Assembly: GCA_963833535.1 (NCBI GenBank) | Contig: CAWHYC010000007.1 | Coordinates: forward strand, 9,972-73,971 | Direction of reading: 5' to 3' | DNA: 64,000 bases | Source: an uncultured Chloroflexia bacterium | GTDB lineage: Bacteria; Chloroflexota; Limnocylindria; Limnocylindrales; CSP1-4 | In this document: piece after piece, positions 9,551-19,766 of the stretch | How the letters are laid out: every line of letters begins with the position of its first letter | How positions within the stretch are numbered: position 1 is the stretch's first letter | The notes under the pieces: model-generated | The model's database searches: none | What the model was told of the DNA's origin: nothing | Seen by the model: the letters and a program-made list of their open reading frames with translations, nothing else | Program-made: the position numbers and the translations under genes

Positions 9551-10765
9551 TCAGCCCTTGATCTGGGTCCATGCCTCGATCCACTTGTCGAAACCGACGC
9601 ATTTCACGTCGGTCCGGCCATCGATGCACGTCTCCTCTGGGGTCGTCCAGTAGTAGACGTCCTTCCAGTAGTCGTCCTCGGCGGCATGGAACAGGGCGCA
9701 GTGGTCGGCCATGGTGGTGGTCACCGACAGGGTCGGCGTGAACTCCGCGGGCGTCAGCTCGCACGACTTGGCGTTGGCGGGCGCCTCGCCGAAGTAGTCG
9801 GCGATCTTCGCGTTGGCGAGCGGCGAGACGATGTGGTTGACGAACAGGTAGGCGCAGTTGGGGTGCTTGGTCTTGGAGTTGATCATCCACGTGTCCGACC
9901 AGCCCGTCGAGCCCTCCTCTGGCTTGACGGTCTCGACCTTGGTCGGTGGCGTGCCGGCACTGAGCAGGTTGGCGTTGATCTGCCAGGTCGTGCCGACCGT
10001 TGCGTCGCCCTGTGCGAACGCCTCGATCTGCTTGGTGTAGTCGGCCCAGAATTGGCTGATCATCGGTCGTTGCTGCTTCATCAACGCCACGACGGCGTCG
10101 AATTGCTTCTGATCGAGTGCGTATGGATTCGTGATCCCGAGGCCGGGTTGCGTCTTCATCAGGACGACGGCCGCGTCAGCGATGTAGATCGGCGCGTCGT
10201 AGACGGAGACCTTCCCGGCGAACGGCTGACTCGGGTCGAACATCGCGGCCCAGTTGGCGGGCGCCGGGTTCACGAGGTCGGTGCGCCACATCAGCAGGTT
10301 GGCGCCCCGGCCATGCGGGATGCCGTAGTGGACGCCGTCGAACGTATTCCACGGCTTGTCCTTGAGGGCCGGGATGATATCGGCATAGTTGGGTACGAGG
10401 TCGGTGTTCACGGGCTGGACGTAGCCACCCGTCGCCAGCCGCTTGGCTGCGTCGCCCGACGCGGAGATGACGTCGAACTGCTCCGGGTTCGCGGTCATCG
10501 CGGCGTACGCCTCGTCTGAGGTGCCGAAGGTCTGCGCCTGGACGTCGCAGCCCGTCTCCTTCTCGAAGTCCGTCACCCAGTCGTATTCCGGATACGTCGA
10601 ACCGTCCTCGACGTAGCCGGCCCAGTTGAGGGTGGTGACCACGCCCTCACCCGCGCCGACCGCGGTGGCCATGCTCGGGGCCGGCGAACCGCTGGAGCCG
10701 CCGCCACAGGCGGCGATGAGGAGCACCGCGGACGCAGCGACTCCGAACAGCTTGCGAGGGATCAT
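9551..10765 (-). CDS. ABC transporter substrate-binding lipoprotein (PotD/PotF-like, polyamine-type)
   Basis: [23 protein letters not shown] gives a lipobox. The start ATG overlaps the ATPase stop (ATGA) and is preceded by GGAGGAGGAA. The body resembles spermidine/putrescine-binding proteins. Confidence 0.8.
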   Translation of the reverse strand: MIPRKLFGVAASAVLLIAACGGGSSGSPAPSMATAVGAGEGVVTTLNWAGYVEDGSTYPEYDWVTDFEKETGCDVQAQTFGTSDEAYAAMTANPEQFDVISASGDAAKRLATGGYVQPVNTDLVPNYADIIPALKDKPWNTFDGVHYGIPHGRGANLLMWRTDLVNPAPANWAAMFDPSQPFAGKVSVYDAPIYIADAAVVLMKTQPGLGITNPYALDQKQFDAVVALMKQQRPMISQFWADYTKQIEAFAQGDATVGTTWQINANLLSAGTPPTKVETVKPEEGSTGWSDTWMINSKTKHPNCAYLFVNHIVSPLANAKIADYFGEAPANAKSCELTPAEFTPTLSVTTTMADHCALFHAAEDDYWKDVYYWTTPEETCIDGRTDVKCVGFDKWIEAWTQIKG

Positions 10766-11895
10766 GGGCGTGGTTCCTCCTCCATCCCCAGCCGCCCATC
10801 GGTGATGGGCCGGCAATGACGGCGCTTCCAGACCAATCGGACGCTGCGACCCCGAGCCGCGAGCGCCTCACTGGACGACGTGTGCAGGTTCTGCTGGGTC
10901 ACGACCAGCTGGATGCCGGCGTCGAGAGCAACGATATACCGGGTGTCGGGGCCGATGTAGACGACTTCCGCCACACGGCCGTTGGCGCTGACCTCGTCCG
11001 CGTCGATCGCCTCATCCTCGTCGCCGAGATGGATCTTCTCGGGCCGGACGGTGAACAGGCCGTCCTCGCCGAGGATCGCGCGCGCCGCCTCGCCGCCGAT
11101 CAAGTTCGAGGTGCCGACGAAGCCGGCCACGAACGTCGTCGCCGGCCGCTCGTAGACCTCCGCCGGGGCACCGACCTGCTCGATGCGGCCACGGTTGAAG
11201 ACGGCCAGGCGATCGCTCATCGTGAGCGCCTCTTCCTGGTCGTGAGTCACATAGATGAAGGTGATCCCGACGCTCTGCTGGATGCTCTTGAGCTCGATCT
11301 GCATCTCTTCGCGCAACTTCAGGTCGAGTGCACCGAGCGGCTCGTCGAGGAGGAGCACCTTGGGCCGATTGATGAGCGCGCGTGCCAGCGCGACCCGCTG
11401 GCGTTGCCCACCGGAGAGCTGCGACGGCTTGCGGCTCTCGAGGCCTTCGAGCCGGACCATGCGCATCGCGTCCGCCACTCGCGCCGCACGCTCGTCCTTG
11501 GGCACCTTGCGGATCATCAGCCCATACCCGACGTTGTCGCCGACGGTCATGTGCGGGAAGAGCGCGTAGTCCTGGAAGACCGTGTTCACGTCGCGCTCGA
11601 ACGGTGGTCGCTGTGAGACGTCCTCACCATCGAGCAGGATGCGCCCGGAGGTCGGCAGCTCGAAGCCGGCGATCATCCGCAGCGTCGTCGTCTTGCCCGA
11701 TCCGGATGGTCCGAGCATCGAGAAGAACTCGCCTTCGGCGATCTCAAGGTCGATGCCCGCCACGGCCTCGACCTCACCGAAGGCCTTGTGCACGTCCTCC
11801 AGCCGCACGGCGGCCGGCGCTCCCGACGGCGCGTCCGTAACGCTGTCGTGCGGACCGGGATCCGCAGCCTGCGCGGTGGTCGGGACGGCGTGCAC
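10762..11895 (-). CDS. ABC transporter ATP-binding protein (PotA-like)
   Basis: Walker [10 protein letters not shown], signature [15 protein letters not shown], Walker B LLLDEPL, and a TOBE-like C-terminus. Confidence 0.9.
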   Translation of the reverse strand: MHAVPTTAQAADPGPHDSVTDAPSGAPAAVRLEDVHKAFGEVEAVAGIDLEIAEGEFFSMLGPSGSGKTTTLRMIAGFELPTSGRILLDGEDVSQRPPFERDVNTVFQDYALFPHMTVGDNVGYGLMIRKVPKDERAARVADAMRMVRLEGLESRKPSQLSGGQRQRVALARALINRPKVLLLDEPLGALDLKLREEMQIELKSIQQSVGITFIYVTHDQEEALTMSDRLAVFNRGRIEQVGAPAEVYERPATTFVAGFVGTSNLIGGEAARAILGEDGLFTVRPEKIHLGDEDEAIDADEVSANGRVAEVVYIGPDTRYIVALDAGIQLVVTQQNLHTSSSEALAARGRSVRLVWKRRHCRPITDGRLGMEEEPRP

Positions 11896-12022
11896 GCGGC
11901 TCCTCGTGGGCAGGTGGGACGCCGGAACTGTGCCGCTTCGTCCGGGCGGGTGTCAAGCCGATGGGCTGACCGAGCGGCCTCGCCGGTGGCCACGCAGGCT
12001 CGATCGCGAGATACCCTCGTCG

Positions 12023-12568
12023 ATGATGCCAGGCACCTCGACGACCCGGTCGCTCGCCTGGCGAGCGACCTCGGTCACGCTGCCTGTCGTCCTGGGAGTG
12101 ATGCTCGTCGTCGCGCTGATGACGGGCTGCGCGCCAGCGTCGCCGCCCTCGAGCGACCAGTCGCGCGCCGAAACCGCCGATGCACCACGCGAGATCAACG
12201 TCATCATGCGCGACTACCTGTTCGAGCCAGACCCGATCGTCCTGCACCGCGGCGAGACCGTGCGCTTCAACGTCATCAACGCCGGGCTGCTGGCTCACGA
12301 GTTCGTGCTCGGCGACGCCGCCGTCCAGGCGGCCTGGGCGACCGCAGAAGCCGCCGCCACGCCGCCCGGCTTCACGGCCACACCACCACCGGTCAGCCTG
12401 CCGCCCGACATCGGCGGGTTGCGCATCTTCCTGGACTCGGGCGCTTCCGCCAGCGCCGTCTACGAGGTCCCCAGGGACGGCGGCCTGGAGCTGGCCTGCC
12501 AGATACCCGGGCACATCGAGCAGGGGATGGTCGCGACCATCACCCTCGTCGACGTCGATGGGCCATAG
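12023..12568 (+). CDS. cupredoxin-fold lipoprotein, probable type-1 copper site
   Basis: C-terminal part of ORF 11582..12568. Lipobox LMTGC. Ligand-like residues AHEFV ... [11 protein letters not shown] (Cys-x3-His-x4-Met). Start position is uncertain. Confidence 0.6.
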   Translation: MMPGTSTTRSLAWRATSVTLPVVLGVMLVVALMTGCAPASPPSSDQSRAETADAPREINVIMRDYLFEPDPIVLHRGETVRFNVINAGLLAHEFVLGDAAVQAAWATAEAAATPPGFTATPPPVSLPPDIGGLRIFLDSGASASAVYEVPRDGGLELACQIPGHIEQGMVATITLVDVDGP

Positions 12569-12591
12569 CGCGGCGTGACGAACGCCGCGCT
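12567..12591 (+). terminator. stem-loop overlapping the cupredoxin stop codon
   Basis: AGCGCGGCG-tgacgaa-CGCCGCGCT, a 9-bp perfect stem. The U-tract is weak (acacttcc). Confidence 0.35.
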
Positions 12592-12684
12592 ACACTTCCG
12601 CCACGCGGGCGCGGCGCCTGCGCCACATCCCGCCGTCGTCGAGCGAACGTGTCGCCGACCCGGAGACCAGGAGAAGCGAGCGGC

Positions 12685-12972
12685 ATGACCTACGTCATCG
12701 CGGAGCCCTGCATCGACCTGCTCGATCAGTCGTGCGTCGCCGTCTGCCCCGTCGACTGCATCCACTTCGAGAGCGGCGTCGATCGCAAGCTGTTCATCGA
12801 TCCGGACGAGTGCATCGACTGCGGTGCCTGTGAGCCGGAATGCCCCGTGAACGCCATCTATCCCGAGGATTCGCTGCCCGCCAGCGAGGCCAAGTACACC
12901 GCGGTCGACGCCATCTGGTTCAAGGATCGGGCCGCGGCACGAGCGACGATCGACGAGTGGAAGCCCCTATAG
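12685..12972 (+). CDS. ferredoxin with two Fe-S cluster motifs
   Basis: [26 protein letters not shown]...[17 protein letters not shown]. In frame within ORF 11788..12972. Confidence 0.9.
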   Translation: MTYVIAEPCIDLLDQSCVAVCPVDCIHFESGVDRKLFIDPDECIDCGACEPECPVNAIYPEDSLPASEAKYTAVDAIWFKDRAAARATIDEWKPL

Positions 12973-13006
12973 ACCGCTGACCGCCGCCCCGGCCTAGACT
13001 GGCCGG

Positions 13007-13936
13007 GTGCGCATCGTCTCCCTCCTTCCGTCCGCGACCGAGATCGTCTTCGCGCTGGGACTTGGCGATGAGCTCGTCGGCCGCACGCACGAATGCGACT
13101 ACCCGCCCGAGGCCGCGTCCGTGCCGGTCATGACCGCGGATGTGGGAGCCGAACCGGGCGCCACCAGCCGTCGCATCCACGATCGCGTTCGCGGCCAGCT
13201 GCACGGCGGCTCGGCGATCTATCGGCTGGACGAGGTCGCCCTCGAGGCGGCACAGCCCGACCTGATCCTGACCCAGGAGCTGTGTGACGTCTGTGCCGTG
13301 AGCTATCGGGAGGTCAGCGAGGCGGTCCGACACATCGACGCCGAGATCAGCGTCGTCAGCCTCGAGCCTCGCTCGATCGAGGGCATCCTGAACGCCATCT
13401 CGACGGTCGGCGCGATGGCCGACGCCGAGGACGAGGCGGTCGGCCTGGTCGAGATCCTCCGGGAGCGGCTGGGCGCCATCGAGAATCGAGTCCTCGAGCG
13501 GCGCCTGGCCGGTGCGGCGCCACGGCGTGTCGTCTGCCTCGAGTGGCTCGACCCCCCGTTCGCCGCCGGCCACTGGGTGCCCGAGCAGGTCCGGCGCGCG
13601 GGGGGCTGGGAGCTCCTCGGTCGCGACGGAGAGCGCTCGATCGAGACGACGTGGGACGCGGTTCGGGAGGTCGATCCCGAGCAGCTCCTGCTCATCCCGT
13701 GCGGTCTCGACGCCGAGGCGACGCGGAGCGAATGGGCGCGTACGCCCAAGCCCGGCTGGTTCGATGAGATCCGCGCCGTTCGCGATGGGGAGGTCCACGC
13801 CCTCGATGGGTCCGCCTACTTCAGCCGGCCCGGGCCACGGGTCATCGAGGGCGTCGGTCTGCTGGCCGAAGTGATGGACCCGGACGGCTTCCTCGACGAG
13901 GCGCCACCGCGCGGTTGGATCCCGCTCGCCGTCTGA
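13007..13936 (+). CDS. BtuF/TroA-like periplasmic-binding-fold protein (cobalamin or iron-chelate binding type), no signal peptide seen
   Basis: MRIVSLLPSATEIVFALGLGDELVGRTHECDYP...DLILTQELCDVC... Confidence 0.7.
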   Translation: MRIVSLLPSATEIVFALGLGDELVGRTHECDYPPEAASVPVMTADVGAEPGATSRRIHDRVRGQLHGGSAIYRLDEVALEAAQPDLILTQELCDVCAVSYREVSEAVRHIDAEISVVSLEPRSIEGILNAISTVGAMADAEDEAVGLVEILRERLGAIENRVLERRLAGAAPRRVVCLEWLDPPFAAGHWVPEQVRRAGGWELLGRDGERSIETTWDAVREVDPEQLLLIPCGLDAEATRSEWARTPKPGWFDEIRAVRDGEVHALDGSAYFSRPGPRVIEGVGLLAEVMDPDGFLDEAPPRGWIPLAV

Positions 13937-13969
13937 GCCCTCGAGTCACGTGCGACAGACGGCGCCCTG

Positions 13970-14878
13970 ATGCCTTTCATGGCCACCTTCAGCTGCCTGT
14001 GGTGCGGCCGCCCCTGGCAGACCCGCGGGCCGGACGACCTCGAGGGTTGGTCGCAGCTGTGCGCCGACTGCATCGGCGCGGCAGGAGACGATGGCTTTCG
14101 GCGGATGCGGCTGCGAGCCGGGTTGGCCGAACGTGCCGCGGCCAGCCGCACGGATCTGGCCGCCGCAGGCCCGTCTTCCGAGCGCGCGTCGGACATGGAC
14201 GCCGACGAGGCCATGCGCGCCTACTACCGCGCGCGGGCCCCGACCTACGACGACTGGTATCTCCGCCGCGGCGCGTACGCGCATGGGCCCATCGACGACC
14301 TGGCATGGCAGATGGAGCTGGACAGCGCGACGCTCTGGCTCGACGCGCTGCCGCTCGCCGGCGAGATCGTCGAGCTGGCGGCTGGTACCGGCTGGTGGTC
14401 GCCGTTGTTGGCCGGCAAAGGGGAGCTGTGGTGCTACGACGCCGTGCCCGAGACGCTCGACCTGGCGCGCCGCCGGCTGGTCGCCCATGGCCTGCGCGCG
14501 CATCTCCACCAGCGCGATGCGTGGGCTGAGCCGGATCGGTCGGTCGACGCCCTTTACTGCGGCTTCTGGATCAGCCACGTCCCGCGGACGCGCCTTGCGG
14601 ACTTCCTCTCACTCTGCCGACGCTGGCTCAAGCCTGGCGGCACGCTCGCCTTCATCGACTCACGGGCCGACCCTGCCTCCGGATCGGCGTCCAACAGCTG
14701 GGACCCGACGACGGAGACGTCCGATCGACGCCTCGGCGACGCGTCCTACCGGATCCCGAAGGTCCACTACGCACCTGACGAGCTGACGCATGCGCTCTCG
14801 ACTGCGGGTTTCATCGAGGCTTCGGTGACCACGACGCCGCGCTTCTTCCTGCTCGGCCGCGCGAGCACGCCCAGCTAG
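13970..14878 (+). CDS. class I SAM-dependent methyltransferase with an N-terminal Cys4 ribbon
   Basis: CLWCGRPW...CADC, followed by motif I IVELAAGTGWW and LKPGGTLAFID. Confidence 0.7.
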   Translation: MPFMATFSCLWCGRPWQTRGPDDLEGWSQLCADCIGAAGDDGFRRMRLRAGLAERAAASRTDLAAAGPSSERASDMDADEAMRAYYRARAPTYDDWYLRRGAYAHGPIDDLAWQMELDSATLWLDALPLAGEIVELAAGTGWWSPLLAGKGELWCYDAVPETLDLARRRLVAHGLRAHLHQRDAWAEPDRSVDALYCGFWISHVPRTRLADFLSLCRRWLKPGGTLAFIDSRADPASGSASNSWDPTTETSDRRLGDASYRIPKVHYAPDELTHALSTAGFIEASVTTTPRFFLLGRASTPS

Positions 14879-14953
14879 GGCTGCCAGGTCAGGCCGTCGA
14901 GGATCGGCCGGGTCGATGGCGACCGAGGCGTCGAAGCCTGACAGGGTCGTCGC

Positions 14954-14959
14954 TATACT
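14954..14959 (+). promoter_or_regulatory. -10-like hexamer TATACT 9 nt upstream of the proC ATG (leaderless-type arrangement)
   Basis: gcTATACTcccgagcctATG with no Shine-Dalgarno sequence in between. The same TATACTCCC element occurs at the Cu ATPase start. Confidence 0.4.
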
Positions 14960-14968
14960 CCCGAGCCT

Positions 14969-15826
14969 ATGCCGCTGACCGACCGCACCATCGCCACCAT
15001 CGGCTCCGGTGTAATGGCCGAGGCCATGATCGCAGGCCTCCTTCGCGGCGGCCTGGTGGCGCCGGATCGGATCGTGGCCAGCCACCCGCGGGCCGACCGG
15101 CGAAACGTCCTGCAGCGTGACTATGGGATCCGCGTGGCGGCCAGCAACGAGGACGCCATCGCAGACGCCGACGTGGTCGTGCTGGCGATCAAGCCGCAGA
15201 TGCTGCCACGCGTCGGGCGCGAGCTGGCGCCGGCGTTGCGCGACGGCCAGCTGGTCATCAGCATCCTGGCCGGCGCCACGACGACCGCGCTTGGCAACGT
15301 CCTGCGCCACCGGCAGATCGTGCGCAGCATGCCCAACACGCCGGCCCGCCTCGGCAAGGGCATGACGGTCTGGTACGCGACGCCGGAGGTGACGACCGAG
15401 CAGCGCGCCCAGGCCAGCGCGCTGCTGCGCTCGCTGGGCGCGGAACTCGAGGTCGACGACGAGAAGTTCGTGAGCATGTCGACCGCCGTCAGCGGCACCG
15501 GCCCGACCTACGTCTTCCTGGTCATGGAGGCGCTCATCGACGCCGCCGTGCACATGGGCTTCCCGCGGCACATCGCCCACGACCTGGTCATCGAGACGCT
15601 CGAGGGCAGCACCCTCTTCGCCAAGTCCAGCGGCATGCACCCGGCGGAGCTGCGCAACATGGTCACCTCGCCCGGCGGCACCAGCGCGGCTGCCCTGCAC
15701 GAGCTCGAGTCGGGACGCCTGCGGACCGTGCTCTCGGAGGCGGTCTGGGCCGCCTATCGACGGACCGAGGAGCTCGGCCGCCAGCTCGAGGAAGCGACGG
15801 CCGACCCCGACCAGGCAGCGCACTAG
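14969..15826 (+). CDS. proC: pyrroline-5-carboxylate reductase
   Basis: IGSGVMAEAMIAGL..., VVLAIKPQ, RSMPNTPA, SPGGTSAAAL. Confidence 0.9.
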   Translation: MPLTDRTIATIGSGVMAEAMIAGLLRGGLVAPDRIVASHPRADRRNVLQRDYGIRVAASNEDAIADADVVVLAIKPQMLPRVGRELAPALRDGQLVISILAGATTTALGNVLRHRQIVRSMPNTPARLGKGMTVWYATPEVTTEQRAQASALLRSLGAELEVDDEKFVSMSTAVSGTGPTYVFLVMEALIDAAVHMGFPRHIAHDLVIETLEGSTLFAKSSGMHPAELRNMVTSPGGTSAAALHELESGRLRTVLSEAVWAAYRRTEELGRQLEEATADPDQAAH

Positions 15827-15832
15827 GTCCGC

Positions 15833-16387
15833 GTGGCGACGGTCTCAGCGCTCGACCTGCGGACGGCGCCGTTCGAGGAGCTGAACGCTGCGACGGGCTG
15901 GTCATCACTCGAGCGCGACTTCTTCGCCGACGAGGCCATCATCTGGCCGCGATTCACGACGTTCCTGGACAGCCTGAGCCCCGGCGAATGGCAGGCCGCG
16001 GTGGCGCCCTCGGCCGCTGGCGGACCCGACTGGACGGCGATCGATCACGTCGCCCACGTCGCGGCCTGGGAGGTCTTCGGGCTCGACTACGTCGTGCGCG
16101 CCCTCGACGGTGAGCCATGGCCGACGGACGACACGATCGGCGACTTCGACACGTTCAACGAGGCGCAGCGGGCCCAGTGGCTGGGCCGTGGCGCGACGGA
16201 CGTGCGCGCCTGGGTGGCCGAGGCTCGCGCGCGCCTCCTGCCGGCGCTGCACCGCGTCCCGCCCGACGTCCTGCACGGCGAGGCCGCCTTCGGCTGGTGC
16301 TTCTACCTGGTCCACGGCCATGTCCTCGAGCACATGGCGATGCTCGAGCCGTGGCTCCGTGAGCGTCGCGCCGGGACAGCGGCCTAG
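15833..16387 (+). CDS. DinB-superfamily four-helix-bundle protein
   Basis: His-rich helices: IDHVAHVAAWE ... LVHGHVLEHMAML. Confidence 0.5.
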   Translation: MATVSALDLRTAPFEELNAATGWSSLERDFFADEAIIWPRFTTFLDSLSPGEWQAAVAPSAAGGPDWTAIDHVAHVAAWEVFGLDYVVRALDGEPWPTDDTIGDFDTFNEAQRAQWLGRGATDVRAWVAEARARLLPALHRVPPDVLHGEAAFGWCFYLVHGHVLEHMAMLEPWLRERRAGTAA

Positions 16388-16926
16388 AGCAAGCGCTCCC
16401 GACTGGGTCGTCGCCGCCGGACGTGGGCCGCGGTCCGCGACGCGTCGCCGGCCATCGGGATGACGCTGATCGTCCCGTCCACCTCGAGGACGGCCAGGCG
16501 GACCTCGTCGAGGTCGAGATACCCGTGCTCGCGGAGCGCCTGCTGGAGCTCGTGGCGATCCACGCCTTCGCGCTCCATCGCCCCCTCGAGGACCTGGCCC
16601 TCGCGAACGAGCAGCGTGGGCTCGCCCTCGAAGAAGCGGGCGAAGCGCTTGCTCCGGCTGCGCATGAAGACCAGCGCGCGATCGGTGGCGATGAGGACGA
16701 TGACGGCCACCAGACCGCCCCAGACAGTGACGTTGGAGCCGACCATGGCGTTCTGGACCGAGTTCGAGATCACGAGCACGAGCACCAGGTCGAGCACGGA
16801 GAGCTGCCCCATCTCGCGCTTGCCGGCGAGGCGCAGGACGGCGATCAGGAAGAGGTAGACGACGAGGGTGCGGATGGCGACGCCGAGCAGGTCGCTGGGG
16901 AGGTCCGGCAGTTCGAGGGTCGGCAC
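16384..16926 (-). CDS. DUF421 (YetF-like) membrane protein
   Basis: LIAVLRLAGKREMGQLSVLDLVLVLVISNSVQNAMVG and a C-terminal soluble domain. Confidence 0.75.
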   Translation of the reverse strand: MPTLELPDLPSDLLGVAIRTLVVYLFLIAVLRLAGKREMGQLSVLDLVLVLVISNSVQNAMVGSNVTVWGGLVAVIVLIATDRALVFMRSRSKRFARFFEGEPTLLVREGQVLEGAMEREGVDRHELQQALREHGYLDLDEVRLAVLEVDGTISVIPMAGDASRTAAHVRRRRPSRERLL

Positions 16927-16955
16927 GCGGCTACGATAGACCCGAGGGAGGCTCC

Positions 16956-17915
16956 ATGGAGACCATCCGGACGCGACTCCGCGAGTGGCCGGCCCGCGTC
17001 CTCCGCGTCGCGCTCATCTGGGTCTCGCGTCGACGCGCTCTGGGGCGCCTGGCGACCCGCCTGCCGATCACGCGTCACATGGTGGCCCGCTTCGTGGCCG
17101 GCGAGACGCTCGAGGAAGGCCTCGCCGTCTGCGAGCGGCTGCGTGAGGCGGGCATGTGCACCACGGTCGATGTGCTCGGTGAGTCGGTCGCGTCAACGGC
17201 GCAGGCCGAGGCCGCTGCCGATCGGTACGTCGCGACGCTCGACGCGCTGGCGGCGCGCGGGCTGGACGGCAACGTCAGCTTGAAGCCCTCACAGATGGGT
17301 ATGCTCCTCGACCCGGACCTGTGCCGGGCCGACATCGCACGAGTGGCCGCCGCGGCACAGCGGAGTGGCGCCTTCGTGCGCGTGGACATGGAGGATCACG
17401 AGCTGACCGAGCCGACGCTGGCGCTCGTGCGCGACCTCCGGGCGGCGACGCCCGACGTCGGCGTCGTCATCCAGAGCTACCTCCGTCGCAGCGCGGCCGA
17501 TGTCGAGCGGCTGATCTCCGAGGGCACGCGGGTTCGGCTGTGCAAGGGCGCCTACGACGAGCCGGCCGAGTTCGCCTTCGTGACCCGGGCCGAGGTCGAC
17601 GGATCGTACATTGCCCTGATGGAGCGGCTGCTCGCCGCCGGTCGCTACCCGGCCCTCGCGACCCATGACCTGGCCATCATCCGCGCCGCCATCGCGTTCG
17701 CTCGTCGCGAGGGGATCGGGCCGGAGCGGTTCGAGTTCCAGATGCTCTACGGCGTGCGGCGCGATCTTCAGGCGCAGCTGGCCCGCGACGGCTGGACGGT
17801 CCGCGTCTACGTCCCCTACGGCACCGAGTGGTATCCGTACTTCATGCGGCGCATGGCGGAGCGGCCGGCCAACCTGCTGTTCATCCTGCGCAGCGTGCTA
17901 CGCGAGGGCCGCTGA
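16956..17915 (+). CDS. proline dehydrogenase (monofunctional PutA-type)
   Basis: VDVLGE..., QSYLRRS, RLCKGAYDEP, ATHD, FEFQMLYGVRRDL, YVPYGTEWYPYFMRRMAERPANL. Confidence 0.85.
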   Translation: METIRTRLREWPARVLRVALIWVSRRRALGRLATRLPITRHMVARFVAGETLEEGLAVCERLREAGMCTTVDVLGESVASTAQAEAAADRYVATLDALAARGLDGNVSLKPSQMGMLLDPDLCRADIARVAAAAQRSGAFVRVDMEDHELTEPTLALVRDLRAATPDVGVVIQSYLRRSAADVERLISEGTRVRLCKGAYDEPAEFAFVTRAEVDGSYIALMERLLAAGRYPALATHDLAIIRAAIAFARREGIGPERFEFQMLYGVRRDLQAQLARDGWTVRVYVPYGTEWYPYFMRRMAERPANLLFILRSVLREGR

Positions 17916-17961
17916 GCGCAGGCTTCCAGCCGGCCCTGCCGCGCTGTCGTCGGGCGGGCCG

Positions 17962-19047
17962 TCAGTCGAGGGCGCCCGCGACGATCATCGCGTGGATCCC
18001 CTCCGCCGTCTCCCAGGTGCCCTGCTCGAGATTGGAGAGCACGACCATCGTCAGATCGCGGCCAGGGTAGTGGCGGACCAACCCGCCCACGCCGGGGTTG
18101 CTCCCTTCCTTCTGCAGAAAGATGACCTGACCGGAGTCGTCGATGCCGAACGAGGGGCCGAAGCCCCAATGTTGTGTCCAGCCGTCGTGCAACCCCCACA
18201 CGGCCTGGGGTGTTAGGAAGGCGGCGGTCAACTCGGCTGACAGGAGCTGGCCAGTCGTGGCTGCGCGCATGAAGCGATCGAGATCCGCCGCGGTGACGTA
18301 CGCGCCGCCGTCGGGAGAGCCGATCGGTGGGTACGAGAAGATGTTGCGCTTCCAGCCGACGGTCGCGCCCCCGTCATCGCGGATCGGGTCGGACCCCTCA
18401 GCCTGCCGTTCGTTGACGCGATCCATGCGCAGGAACTCGGAGTCGGCCATGTCGGCAGGCGCGAAGACGCGTTCGCGGACGACATCCCGGTATGCCCGAC
18501 CCGTCGCACGCTCGATCATCAGCCCGAGCAGGACGTAGGCGCAGTTGTTGTATCGACAGCCCTCGCCGGGGGCGAAATTCGGCGCTCGATGGACGAACTG
18601 CGGGAGGAAGTCGGCGGTCTCGACGACCGAATAGTTGGGTCGGGTCCGCCAGACATCCTCGTACGCCTCGCCCGCCTCCTCGTCGGCGTCGTCACCGATG
18701 CCCGATGTGTGGGTCAGCAGGTGCCGTACGGTGACCGCGCGTGAGATGGCTGTGCCCCGGAGGTCCAGGTAGTCGATGGCACTCGTGTCGAGGCCGAAGG
18801 CACCCGTGTCCACCTGCTGCAGCGTGGCTATAGCCGTGAAGAGCTTGGTGATCGAGGCCGTGTCGAAGCGGGTCTCGAGTGTGTTCGGGACGTGCCAGGC
18901 TCGACTGGCGAGGCCATACGCGCCGGCGAAGCGCTCTTCCAGGCCGACGGTGATGCGCGCTACGCCCGCGAATGCATCCCTCGTCTCCCGATCTCGCAGG
19001 TAGTCGTCGACCTCGCCACCCCTACCTCGACGTGCGGCCTCATCCAT
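17962..19047 (-). CDS. serine hydrolase / beta-lactamase family protein
   Basis: SxxK motif in DTASITKLFTAIA. Start trimmed to MDEAARR because the ORF N-terminus overlaps the next gene. Confidence 0.75.
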   Translation of the reverse strand: MDEAARRGRGGEVDDYLRDRETRDAFAGVARITVGLEERFAGAYGLASRAWHVPNTLETRFDTASITKLFTAIATLQQVDTGAFGLDTSAIDYLDLRGTAISRAVTVRHLLTHTSGIGDDADEEAGEAYEDVWRTRPNYSVVETADFLPQFVHRAPNFAPGEGCRYNNCAYVLLGLMIERATGRAYRDVVRERVFAPADMADSEFLRMDRVNERQAEGSDPIRDDGGATVGWKRNIFSYPPIGSPDGGAYVTAADLDRFMRAATTGQLLSAELTAAFLTPQAVWGLHDGWTQHWGFGPSFGIDDSGQVIFLQKEGSNPGVGGLVRHYPGRDLTMVVLSNLEQGTWETAEGIHAMIVAGALD

Positions 19048-19070
19048 CTCGATCGGTCGGCAGCCTCGAA

Positions 19071-19610
19071 TCAGCCGCCGGTGGTGCCGCTCGCGAGCTC
19101 GTCGAGCTGGGCGGCGTGTTCCTCGAGGTGGTCGGCGAGGAAGCGGGCCACGATCTGCGCCACGGTCATCGACCCCAGGGTCGGATGCAGGCCGCATGTC
19201 TGCCAGTCCTCTGTGACCAGAGATCGACACAGGCCGCTCGCTGCGCTGACTCCGCTCTCCACGTCGTGGAGGAGGCCCATCGGGTCCTCATCGCGACGGG
19301 CCTCGATCGGCCCCAGGCGGCCGGGGTCGGTCTTCATCCTCCCGAACGGGATCGGCTCGGGCTCGCCGGCCTGACGGGCGGCCAGGATGGCCCGGATCTG
19401 ACCGACCCAAAAGGTCGGGAACTCGGCGAGGTGGGCGAACACCTGGCCTCGCTCCCATTGCTCGCCGGTCGCCTCATCGGCCCGTGTCAATCCCGGACGT
19501 TCGGCGGCTGCGTGGGCGGCAAGTCTCGCCTCGGCGGCCTGCATCCGGGCGATCAGTGCGTCGGGATCCGAGGGTTCCACAGTTGAGGGCGGTCGGCGCG
19601 GATCGGTCAT
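19071..19610 (-). CDS. DinB family protein
   Basis: 179-aa ORF with QVFAHLAEF ... FLADHLEEHAAQL helices. Confidence 0.5.
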   Translation of the reverse strand: MTDPRRPPSTVEPSDPDALIARMQAAEARLAAHAAAERPGLTRADEATGEQWERGQVFAHLAEFPTFWVGQIRAILAARQAGEPEPIPFGRMKTDPGRLGPIEARRDEDPMGLLHDVESGVSAASGLCRSLVTEDWQTCGLHPTLGSMTVAQIVARFLADHLEEHAAQLDELASGTTGG

Positions 19611-19675
19611 GTCGGCAGTCTAGCGAGGCCGCACTGGTCGTATCTCCTGACAGGCGAGGTCGCGCTCGCCAGGTC

Positions 19676-19699
19676 GGAATCAAACCCGGAAATCAAACC
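19676..19699 (+). repeat. imperfect 12-bp tandem GGAATCAAACCC / GGAAATCAAACC
   Basis: Read directly. The second copy supplies the -35-like TCAAAC of the sigma-1 upstream motif. Confidence 0.6.
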
Positions 19700-19726
19700 T
19701 TATGCGCTGCCTCCGACTCATAGTGG
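19693..19726 (+). promoter_or_regulatory. shared ECF-family upstream motif, copy 1
   Basis: TCAAACC-N20-CATAGTGG, ending about 40 nt before GTG 19767. Confidence 0.4.
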
Positions 19727-19766
19727 TCGAAGCGTCCAGACGGGACGCCCCTTAGCGGAGTGCAGC

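Noticed and set aside
11920-11950. GGAAC...CGTC, resembling a generic ECF promoter, upstream of the cupredoxin gene.
   Set aside because: The spacer is only about 10 nt, far from the 16-17 nt needed.
12988-13007. Hairpin CCCGGCC-tagact-GGCCGGG between the ferredoxin and BtuF-like genes, considered as a terminator or a riboswitch remnant.
   Set aside because: It has no U-tract and no recognisable cobalamin-riboswitch core, and it overlaps the GTG start of the next gene. It is probably incidental.
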